Shown: positions 12,115-22,640 of the stretch, piece by piece | How positions within the stretch are numbered: position 1 is the first letter of the stretch | Layout of the letters: every line of letters begins with the position of its first letter | NCBI RefSeq assembly: GCF_006345805.1 | Contig: NC_043003.1 | Span: forward strand, 62,992,001-63,056,000 | Length of the DNA stretch: 64,000 nucleotides | Origin: Octopus sinensis | Lineage: Eukaryota | Reading direction: 5' to 3' | The notes under the pieces: generated by a model | The model's database searches: none | Told to the model about the DNA's origin: nothing | What the model saw: only the letters and a program-made list of their open reading frames with translations | Program-made: the position numbers and the translations under genes

Positions 12115-12498
12115 ATCCCCAAAAAGCACCATCCGAACGTGGCCGATGCCAGCGTCGCCCCGACTGGCCCCTGTGCCGGTGGCACATAAAACAAAACAAA
12201 AAAACATCTGAACGTTGCCAGCACCGCCTTGGCTGGCTTCTGTGCCGCTGGCACGTTAAAAGCTCGAACCGATCATGACCGATGCCGGACCCCCCTGGCA
12301 CCTGTGCAGGTGGCACGTAAAATGCACCCACTACACTCGCGGAGTGGTTGGCGTTAGGCAGGGCATCCAGCCATAGAAACTCTGCCAGATCAGACTGGGG
12401 CCTGGAGCAGCCCCTGGCTTCCCAGACCCCGGTCAAACCGTCCAACCCGTGCTAGCGCAGAAAACGGACGTTAAACGATGATGATGATGATGATGATA
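12115..12498 (+). mobile_element. RTE LINE 3' UTR fragment ending in (GAT)n
   Basis: Matches 3' UTR of the RTE at 17931-18380; ends cgttaaacgatgatgat. Confidence 0.85.
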
Positions 12499-12690
12499 TA
12501 TCATCATTGTTTAATGTCCGTTTTCCATGCTGGCCTGGGTTGGACACTTTGACTGGGGACTGACAAGCCAGGAGGCCGCACTGGGCTCCAATCTGATCTG
12601 GCAATCTTTCTACAGCTGGATGCCCTTCCTAACGCCAACCACTCCAAGAGTGTAGTGGGTGCTTTTTGTGCAACTGGCATCAGCCACACA
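12499..12690 (-). mobile_element. RTE LINE 3' UTR fragment, tail-to-tail with the preceding copy
   Basis: catcattgtttaatgtccgttttccatgc...ggatgcccttcctaacgccaaccactcc. Confidence 0.85.
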
Positions 12691-12799
12691 CACACACATA
12701 CATATATGAATACATATATATGTGAATATATATATATATATGCATATATATATATGTGTGTGTGTATGTGTGTGTATATATATATATATGTGCGTGTGT

Positions 12800-12848
<49 letters not shown>

Positions 12849-13039
12849 TAAATACATATATATATGTATATATATACATATATAGAGACCAAAGTGTACA
12901 TACGCCGCTATATTTTTATATATAAAAAATACAAAAATGGGACAAGAACACAAAATATCCAAACAGAGGATAGAAAGAAAACAAGGACAGGTCATTTGAA
13001 GTTTTCTTTCCTCCAACAACAACAACAACAAGAGAAAAA

Positions 13040-15594
13040 AAATGTCCTGGACCTCTGCTTCACAAACAACACGGTGCTCATCCATAATGTTGGGGTGACA
13101 CCAATAATTTTCTCGGACCATAACTTAATAGAACTAACAATGCAGGCTACTAGACGCACCCAATGCCCCTCCAACCTGAACTTTCACAAAGTTGATTGGA
13201 AGGGTATTGAGATAAGAGGTCATGGAACATAACTGGTCTGCCAGTCTCTCTACTGAAGATATTGATATAAAGTTACAACACTTTATAATAATCATGCATG
13301 ACATCTGCAGCAAGTGTACTCCAGAGAGAATGCCAAGCCAGCAGAAAACTATAATACCCAGGGATAGGAGGATTCTAATGAGATTATGAGCAATAATCTC
13401 AAATCGTCTAAACAGGCCACTAAAGGATAACAAACGAACATTGCTCAAGATTGAAAATGAACTAAAACACTTACATGAAAAGGAGAGGGCAGAAAAGGAG
13501 GCCAGGGCTGACAAAAATATTAAGACAAACCCTGAAGTCTCCTATAGGTATGCAAAAGAATCTGTTTCAGTATGGTACAAAATAGGGCCACTACTTGAAA
13601 AAAATGACTCACCAACTGAAGACCCCCAGAGGATCAGTGAAATATTGAATGTGCAATATAGGTGTGCTTCCACCACTTTTCTGGGACACTTGCAAGTAGT
13701 TATACCTGATGAGTTCTTTGACTCCACAGACCTACACAGCAAAATGGCAATTATTGACAGTATCAACATAGAGGAAACTGATGTGATATTAGCCATTGTT
13801 GAGATGAGCTCAAACTCAGCAACAAACCCCTGATGGATTCCCAACAATCCTCCTAAAGAAATGCAAAGGAGCTTTAGCAAGACCACTTCAGATTCTCTTC
13901 CAGAGCTTCCTCCCAACAGAGGAGGTAACAGAGCAGATGCTAAGAATTATAGACTGGTCTCTCTAACTTCCCATGTCAACAAAGTCATGAAGTACATTGC
14001 CAGGAAGAAACTAATTGCATTCCTTGAAGATAATGACTGGCTTCCTGACACCCAGCATGGCTTTTGCTCAGGCAGAAGCTGCCTTACACAACTTTTGAAA
14101 CACTATGACTGGGTGTTGAAACAATTAAGGAATTGCTCAAATATAGATGCGATATATCTCGACTTTGCAAAGGCCTTTGATAAGGTTGATCATGGGATGA
14201 TATGTCACAAACTATGGTGACTCAGCATAAATGAGAAAATTGGAAAGTGGTTGCATGACTGTTGATAAGACAGAAGCCAGGTTGTAGCAGCCAACAGAGC
14301 CATTTCCATGGAGACATTAATAGAAAGTGGAGTGCCTCAGGGAACTGTATTGGGGCCCACTGCTGTTCATGGTGGCTTTTTCAGACATGCCGTCAGTTAC
14401 ACAGATAGCCACACTTACTTGTTATGCTACCGACACAAAAGTAGTACAAGCAGTCAAGAAACCTTTTGATGCTAATCTTCTACAGAAAGACCTAGATGCC
14501 ATATATAAATGGGCTGAGGACAACATGCAATTTAATGCAGGCAAATTCCAAGCCCTCCGCTACCAGCTAATTGGTGCTCAGAAATCATAATTCTAGAATC
14601 ACATACGGTGTGTGATCTTGGGACTGATATGAGCAATGATGCCTTGGTTCACATGCATGTCACCAAGATGGTGGCATGTCGCCAAGATGGAAGGCGGTGA
14701 GCTGGCAGAAACATTAGCATGTCGGGCCAAATGTTTAGCGATATTTCATCTGATATTTCATTCTGAGTTCAAATTCCGCCGAGGTCGACTTTACCTTTCA
14801 TCCCTTGGGGGGGGGGTCGATAAATTAAGTACCAGTTATGCACTGGGGTCGATGTAATCGACTTAATCCCTTTGTGTGTCCTTGCTTGTCCCCTCTATGT
14901 TTAGCCCCTTGTGAGCAATAAAGAAAGAAATAAGATGGTGGCAGTGTGCAGGCAAATGGCCGGATAGATTCTGAGAACCTTCAGAACAAGGGACCAGGAA
15001 ACCATGCTGGTCCTATGGAGGAGATTTTTTCTCAGCCATCTGGACTACTGCTCTCTACTGTGGTGACCTTACACTGTAGGATTAATTGCAGAACTTGAGG
15101 CAGTTCAGCAATACTACACGAAGAAGATTGCATCAATAGAACAGCTGAGCTACTGGGAACAAAGACGGAAGAGGTATGCAGTGATATATGTGTGGAAGAT
15201 ATTGGAGGGGCTGGCACCAAACTTTGGAATTGCGGTTATACCAGACCTCAAATAGGACATCACTGCACTGTTCTAAAAGTCCCAGCTGTCTCATCTAAGG
15301 TGAACACCATGTACAGCAATAGCTTGTGATTCAAGGGCCCACAGCTATTTACAGCTATTTAACTCCTTGCCAAAACTATGGAGTGGGAGTAGATGTTTTC
15401 AAGAGACAACTTGACCTCTTACTATCCAAGATCCAAGATGAACCAATATCAAGGCAAGAAACTCAAAAGAGGGCAGCAATATCAAACTCCCTCCTTCACC
15501 AAAAGCCAATCCCATAGAATTGGCCAATTGAAAGGTCATTACACTGGCAGTGCCCCAGCATGGCCACAGGCTCAAGGCTGAAACATATAAAAGA
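13040..15594 (+). mobile_element. 5'-truncated, decayed CR1-clade LINE (end of APE domain plus RT)
   Basis: LDLCFTNN...FSDHNLI; YRLVSLTSHVNK; QHGFCSGRSCLTQLL; AIYLDFAKAFDKVDH; SGVPQGTVLGP; several frameshifts and stops. Confidence 0.9.
14677..14931 (+). mobile_element. Full-length tRNA-derived SINE (family B) with 12-bp TSD, inserted in the CR1
   Basis: A-box ggcggtgagctggcagaa, B-box gagttcaaattcc; TSD aagatggtggca at 14665-14676 and 14932-14943. Confidence 0.9.
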
Positions 15595-15610
15595 ATATAT
15601 TCATATATTC

Positions 15611-15645
<35 letters not shown>

Positions 15646-15648
15646 ATA

Positions 15649-15851
15649 CCGGAGTAAGCACATAAATGTGAAACAAGGTGGAAAAAAGAGTACTCAAATA
15701 CCAGAGATAGAGTAATATGATTTATTTAAAAGCAGCAGAAATATAACAAAAGCTGTTACTCAGAGTTTTGTGTTCCCGTTCATTGGACAAATGAGAACAT
15801 GAAACTCCGAGTAACAGCTTTTGTTATGTTTCTGCTGCTTTTAAATAAAGT
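15649..15851 (-). mobile_element. Second copy of fold-back family H1
   Basis: ccggagtaagcacataaatgtgaaacaagg is the reverse complement of 9650-9680; fold-back around a decayed CCAATGA...aaactctgagtaacag motif. Confidence 0.7.
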
Positions 15852-16131
15852 ATATATATATATATATATATATATTCCTTCATATATATGCACCTATATC
15901 CATATATATGTAGCCTTTTCAATAGTCTACTCTGGACAGAGTCAACAACTATTGAAAAGTTTGCAAGTCACAACAAAAATTTTGGGAAAAATAAATGAGT
16001 GGAAACTTTACCAATGAGTGTATTAAATAATAAGGCACTAAAAGAGAATGACTCTCTCCAGACACAAAAAAATATGCTTCAACACCCGAACTCACATAAA
16101 GAATCTTGAAAACCAAATCCAAAACGAAATA

Positions 16132-16175
<44 letters not shown>

Positions 16176-16201
16176 ATACATATATATATATACATATATA
16201 A

Positions 16202-16259
<58 letters not shown>

Positions 16260-16867
16260 ATATATAGATAGATATATTCATATACATCCCTGTATACATG
16301 CACACACACACACGACAAGCTTCTTTCATTTTCCATCTACCAAATTCACTCATAAGGCTTTGGTTGGCCCAAGGCTGTAGTAGAAGACATTTACCAACGG
16401 TGCCTCAGAGTGAGATTGAACCAAGAACCATGTGGTTGGGAAGCTAACTTTTTATCCCATAGTGGTCTTAAGTGGACTGGTATCTGAGGGTTTCATCTGT
16501 AGTTCGGAATATAACTTAATGAAAAATTTCTACATAAAATTTTGATAGTTGCTTTTAATTTGAATATGAACATTCTAAAACAGGTAATTTTTGCACCATA
16601 CAACCATGACTGTTCTCAGGGGAGCTACAGACAAAAGGTTTATTGACAAAGTGTTTTATCCTCAAATGTAAAACATTAGGAATTAAAATATTAAAAAATG
16701 CAAACATCAATATAAGGAAATGAAGCATATTTTGATGGTTATATGATATACCTAGTCAATATCAAACAGAGATGCTGAACTAATGATGTGCTCTTTTTGA
16801 TAATTAGAAACTCTTCAGTAGCCTCTTATGCGTGTGTGCATGCACGTGTATATTATCATCATCATCA

Positions 16868-16900
<33 letters not shown>

Positions 16901-16950
16901 AAATATTGAATTTCTAAATCTCTCGTAGAGACATGTACGGTGGTGGGGCG

Positions 16951-17372
16951 ATAGAATGGTTGTATACTGTCAATCTAACAAGAACGTGACAGTAGGGGGT
17001 ACACCACCGCTGTATAGCCCTAGGAAGCATCGAACACCTCCTGATAGCTTTGACACATTTTTTCCCTGTGTCCTTATATACATATACGAAGGGGAGACAA
17101 ACACCCCCGGCCGCCGGAACTGCATCTAGGGACACCGTGTTTCAGGATCGTTGTCCAGTCGATGAAGGACAACGATCCTGAAACATGGTGTCCCTAGATG
17201 CAGTTCTGGCGGCCGGGGGTGTTTGTCTCCTCTTCGTATATGTATATAAGGACACAGGGAAAAAATGTGTCAAAGCTATCAGGAGGCGTTCGATGCTTCC
17301 TAGGGCTATACAGCGGTGGTGTACACCCTACTGTTACGTTCTTGTTAGATTGACAGTATACAACCATTCTAT
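16951..17372. repeat. Long near-perfect palindrome: 206-bp arms, 10-nt spacer, 6 mismatches (family H2)
   Basis: Arms 16951-17156 and 17167-17372 compared base by base; spacer agtcgatgaa. Confidence 0.95.
17160..17200 (+). ncRNA. 5'-truncated hammerhead-like motif at the palindrome apex
   Basis: cGATGA-agga(caacga)tcct-GAAA-ca(t/c)(g)gtg-T-C; GUC triplet; position 3 and 5' strand of stem I missing. Confidence 0.5.
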
Positions 17373-17930
17373 ATATATATATATAAAAGGTAAGAGAGGG
17401 AGAAGAAACATACTTCTTCACCCACATTCAAACACACTTAATAGCGGCAAATTATATATATATATATATATATTGACGAAGGGAGAGAGAAAAAGCAGTT
17501 AAAGCTGAACTCCAATGTGTTGAAAGGCCATTGTTTTTAAAATTACAAATAAAATATAAACTGACAAACTTTTCACCTTGGTACGAAAATGATGTAAGGC
17601 GAGCAAAATAGATGAAGTCTATTTTATTAGTTATTATGGTCAATACAAAACTAGATTCATGATTAATGTACAAACTAAATAAATCAATTTTTAACAAAAA
17701 AATTAACTTAATTTATAAGCACATTTTCCAATCTTTAGTTGTATATGCCATATTTTAAGAAAATAACTATAAAATATATTTACCTTCATCTATCGACCAA
17801 GGAGAAAATTCCATATGTTTTTATTTTAATTTTTAAAAGCATGACATTCAACACATTGGAGTTTAGCTTTAACTGCTCTTTCTCCCTCTCTTTGTCTTTT
17901 TATTCTTTTTTATTATTCTATTATATATAT

Positions 17931-20564
17931 CATCATCATCGTTTAACGTCCGTTATCCGCGCTAGCACGGGTTGGACGGTTCGACTGGGGTCTGGGAAGC
18001 CAGGGGCTGCACCAGGCTCCAGTCTGATCTGGCAGTGTTTCTACAGCTGGATGCCCTTCCTAACACCAACCACTCCACGAGTGTAGTGGGTGCTTTTTAC
18101 GTGTCACCGGCATAGGTGCCAGGGGAGTCTGGCATCGGCCACGATCGGTTAGTGCTTTTAACGTGCCACCGGCACGGAAGCCAGCCAAGGCGGCGCTGGC
18201 ATCGGCCACGTTTGGATGGTGCTTTTTATGTGCTACCGGCACAGGTATCACAACTACTATTTCCATTGATATTTATTTCGATGTTCATGTTCATGTACTT
18301 GACTCAACAGGTCTCCTGAAGCACAGCGGGATGTTCTGGACTCCAAGGTACTTTGAATGGGCAGGGGCTATGCGGAACTGGTGCAGGAAGCAGCCCGGGT
18401 CTTTGCAGTCACAGCATATCTCCAGAGATCTCGGTCCTTCGCCATTGCCTCAGTGAGGCCCGGTGCAGGAAGCAGCCCGGGTCTTTGTGGTCACTGCATA
18501 TCTCCAGAGATCTCGGTCCTTCGCCATAGCCTCAGTGAGGCCCAACGCTCTGAGGTCATGCTTGACTACCTCATCCCATGTCTTCCTGGGTCTACCTCTC
18601 CCCCTGATTCCTGCTACTGTTTGGGAGCGGCACTTCTTCACACATCTCTCCTCATCCATCCGTAGTACATGACCATACCATCGCAAGCATCGCTCTTGCA
18701 CACCACATCTGATGCTTCTTATGTCCAACCTTTCTCTCAGGGTGCTTACACTCTGTCGTGCATGCACACTGACATTACACATCCAGCGGATCATGCTAGC
18801 TTCATTTCTTTCAAGTCTACGCATGTCCTCTGCAGTCACGGCCCATGTTTCACTACTGTGAAGCATGGCAGTTCGCACACATGCATCATACAATCTACAT
18901 TTCACTCTGAGTGAGAGACCCTTTGTCGCCAGTAGGGGTAGGAGCTTTCTAAACTTTGCCCAGGCTATTCGTATTCTAGTGGTGACACTCTCTGAGCATC
19001 CACCTCCACTACTAGTTTAGTCACCCAGGTAGCGGAAACTATCGACTACTTCTCGTTTCTCCCCCTAGAGTGTGATGGAATCTGTTTTCTGAGTATTTGT
19101 GGTGTCTATTGTCCCTGTGCATCTGCCGCACATGAAAGCTATCTTATCAGTTAATTTCCCTTTGATGTTGCTGCACCTCTTATGTGTCCATAGCTTACAC
19201 TGGGTGCATCTTATGGAGTTTCTACCTACGCCTTTCCTACAGATCGAGCAGGGCCACCTGCCCGATGGGGTGTGTGCTGAATTCGCCTTTCTGCGTACTA
19301 TAACTTTGGTCTTTGCTACATTTACTCTAAGGCCCTTTGATTCTAACCCTTGCTTCCACACCCGAAACTTCTTTTCTAGTTCCGGTAGTGATTCCGCTAT
19401 GAGGGCCAGGTCATCAGCATAGAGGAGCTCCCAGGGGCAACCTGTTTTGAATTCCTCTGTTATTGCCTGGAGGACTATGATGAATAAAAGGGGACTGAGG
19501 GCTGAGCCTTGGTGTACACCTACTTCTACCCGGAATTCTTCACTATATTTGTTGCCAATCCTAACCTTGCTGACAGCCTCTCTGTATAGGGCCTGTACAG
19601 CCCTTATTAGCCATTCGTCAATCTCCAGTTTCCGCATCGACCACCAGATAAGGGATTGGGGGACCCTGTCAAAGGCTTTCTCCAAGTCCACAAAAGCTAT
19701 GTAGAGGGGTTTATCTTTAGCTAGGTACTTCTCCTGCAGTTGTCGGACCAGGAATATAGCATCAGTGGTGCTTCTACCCGGCACAAAACCAAACTGCATC
19801 TCATCTAAGCAAATTCTCTCCCTAATGAGATGGGTTATGACCCTCTCTGTGACCTTCATCACCTGATCCAACAGTTTAATACCTCTGTAGTTATTTTTAT
19901 CTAGAGCATCACCCTTACCCTTGTAGCAGTTGACTATGGTGCTTCTACGCCAGTCATTGGGTATGACTCCATTATGAACTACCTGGTTTACAATGCGGGT
20001 GACTAGGCCATAGCCCACATAACCAGCCATTTTAAGCATCTCAGCAGTGATTCCTGATGGGCCGGGGGCTTTACCTGGTTTCATACCCTTAATTGCCTTA
20101 ACTACAAGGGAGCAGTCTATTCGGATAGCTGGTCCCTCTACTGGGCCAACATTTGGCAGGCTCTCCTCCTCCCATTCATTCTCCACATTCAGCAGTCTTT
20201 CATAATGGCTTCTCCAAGCCTCTATCTTTTCACCAACATTAAAAGCAAGTGCCCCATCATCCATGCGGACACATTTCTCTCCTGTAACATCACTAATTTC
20301 TCTCACACACTGTCTAGCAATCCGAAATACCTCAGTTCTTTGGTCCTCACGTCACTGGACATTGGCAAACTTCTTCTTTTCTGCTACATCTTTGGCTATG
20401 TATACCTGCCGCCCAGCCTCCCTTTTGGCTACTTGGTACAGTTCCCTGCTACTCCCATCCCTCCAGGCTTTCCAGGCCTGTTTCTTTGCACTAATGGCTT
20501 TGTCAGTTCTTGGTATAGTATTATTCAGCATTACCTGACACCTTTGGGTCTCAATGACACCATT
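17931..20564 (-). mobile_element. Young 5'-truncated RTE-clade LINE
   Basis: RT motifs QFGFVPGRST, FVDLEKAFDRV, GVHQGSALSPLLF, YADD; 3' UTR ending in (GAT)n at 17931. Confidence 0.95.
18450..20564 (-). pseudogene. RTE ORF2 remnant (RT plus PHD-like C4HC3 finger), about 700 codons in one frame with three stops
   Basis: ORFs 20352..20672, 19065..20306 and 18450..18905 share a frame; stops at 20352, 19065, 19017. Confidence 0.9.
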
Positions 20565-20821
20565 ATATATATATATATACACATACATATGTATATATTT
20601 GTGTGTTTGTCTGTGTTTGTTCCCCCACCATTGCTTGACAACTGATGTTGGTGTGTTTAAGCAGTTCGGCAAAAGAGGCAGATAGAGTATGCACTAGGCT
20701 TACAAAGAATAAATCCTGGGGACGATTTATTCGAATAAAGGTGGTGCTCCAGCATGGCTGCAGTCAAATGACTGAATCAAGTAAAAAGAATATAAAAATA
20801 CAAAAATACAAAAGCATGTGT

Positions 20822-20878
20822 GAAGAAGAAGAAGAAGAAGAAGAAGAAGAAGAAGAAGAAGAAGAAGAAGAAGAAGAA
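20822..20878 (+). repeat. (GAA)19 microsatellite
   Basis: Pure trinucleotide run. Confidence 0.95.
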
Positions 20879-21194
20879 GGAAAAGAAGTAGATGAAATAA
20901 ATAAAAATAAAAATAAAGATAAGACTAATAGCAATTGGGAACAGTCAGGAGGAGAGATAAATTCACCAAGAATAAAGAATTGGAATATTTTGAAGTGGTC
21001 AATATTGTTGTGCTCTTGTTATAAGATGACCTGTGTGGGAGCTATTGATTTGGGGTCATGCATTTAGGCCTTAAAAGTGGTTTGGTGTGTACACATATGC
21101 ACACATATGATAATAAAGGATAAACTTTAAAAAAATTTTTTATCAATGACCAGCATATAAAAATAGATCTATTAAGGTGAAATCATATAATTAT

Positions 21195-21490
21195 AACAAT
21201 TGCAGTGTGGAAGGTGTTTGTAAGCCATTTAAGAAACACACAAAAGCTGTTCGATTCACTTCAACATTTAAGTTTAATTTGTCAAAATATTTTCGTCGCT
21301 TTAAGACCGCGACCTGTTCACTGACAGTCTTAAAGCGACAAAAATATTTCGACAAATTAAACTTAAATGCTGAAGTGAATTGAACGGCTTTTGTGTGTTT
21401 CTTAAATGGCTTACAAACACCTTCCACGCTGCAATTGTTTTCGTTTCAGCACACAATCTCAGATCAAATCACTTGCTATGCAAGTACATC
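21195..21490. mobile_element. Fold-back element with 113-bp arms (family H3)
   Basis: Arms 21195-21307/21327-21439, 19-nt spacer, 6 mismatches; another fragment at 29935-30015. Confidence 0.8.
21280..21326 (-). ncRNA. Minimal type-I hammerhead-like motif with G3:C8 swap
   Basis: tgtca-GTGAACA-g-gtcgc(ggtcttaaa)gcgac-GAAA-atat-T-T-tgaca. Confidence 0.6.
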
Positions 21491-21578
21491 TCCATAACAT
21501 ATAATTATAATTAAGGGGATAGAAAAAAATTCTATCCTATATGCTGAAAATGGATGCTAAATCTCCCCACCACTTTAA

Positions 21579-21794
21579 CCCTTTCGTTACCAACCCGGCT
21601 GAAACTGGCTCTGGCTCTGAGTAAAAATGTCTTGTTTTCATAACTTTTGAATTAAAATCTTCCACCAAATCTTAGTCACAATTTATGTTCCTAACACAAG
21701 CTTAATGATAACTAAGTTATTTTACTAAATTCTTTGTTATATTTAAAGTAATTGAAAGAAAAACAAAGCATCTTAAGATACAGTAATGAAAGGG
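21579..21794. mobile_element. piggyBac-type MITE
   Basis: TTAA TSDs at 21575-78 and 21795-98; TIR CCCTTTCGTTAC / gtaatgaaaggg. Confidence 0.85.
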
Positions 21795-22239
21795 TTAAAA
21801 ATCATCATAAAGTTTCATATGTATGGAAATTGAGGGAGAAACCTAAGGAACCCCATAATAATATAGACAGCTCTGGATTGATCAATTTCTAGATTTACTC
21901 AATGGCTTTTCCTTCTCAGCAGAGCATACTTTTGGGAAATAAATGGGATATTTATACATACCCACAGGAAAGCAAACACAAAGCAATAGCTTGGATAGAT
22001 CTGTGGTATTTATATGTAGTTATGATTTTGTGTTTGCTTTCCTGTGGGTATGTATAAATATTTCATTTATTTGCCATAAGTATGCTCTGCTGATGAGGAA
22101 AAGCCATTGGGTAAATCTAGAAATTGATCATGTTATGAATAGAACTTAATCTATCAGTCTCTACAAAGTGATGGGGATGTAAACACACCAGCACCAGTTG
22201 TCAAGTGATGATAGGAAAGACAAACACAGACATAGGGAT

Positions 22240-22324
22240 ACACACACATAGATGTATACATATACAGACATACATATAAACATATATATATATACACACA
22301 CACATATACATATATATATATGTG

Positions 22325-22387
<63 letters not shown>

Positions 22388-22431
22388 AGACATATATATA
22401 TATATATACATATATGTATATATGTGTGTAT

Positions 22432-22477
<46 letters not shown>

Positions 22478-22525
22478 ATACATATATATATATATATACA
22501 TATATGTATATATGTGTGTATATAC

Positions 22526-22564
<39 letters not shown>

Positions 22565-22597
22565 CATACATACATAAATATATATATGTAAGTTGGA

Positions 22598-22640
<43 letters not shown>
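22240..22640. repeat. Compound (TA)n/(CA)n microsatellite; representative of dozens in the window
   Basis: Direct reading; source of the YIYIYI ORFs. Confidence 0.95.

Noticed and set aside
12504-13121. YI/HT/CV-repeat ORFs here and throughout the window
   Set aside because: Translations of (TA)n, (CA)n and (TG)n
20645-21067. Poly-Glu ORF
   Set aside because: SINE tail plus (GAA)19
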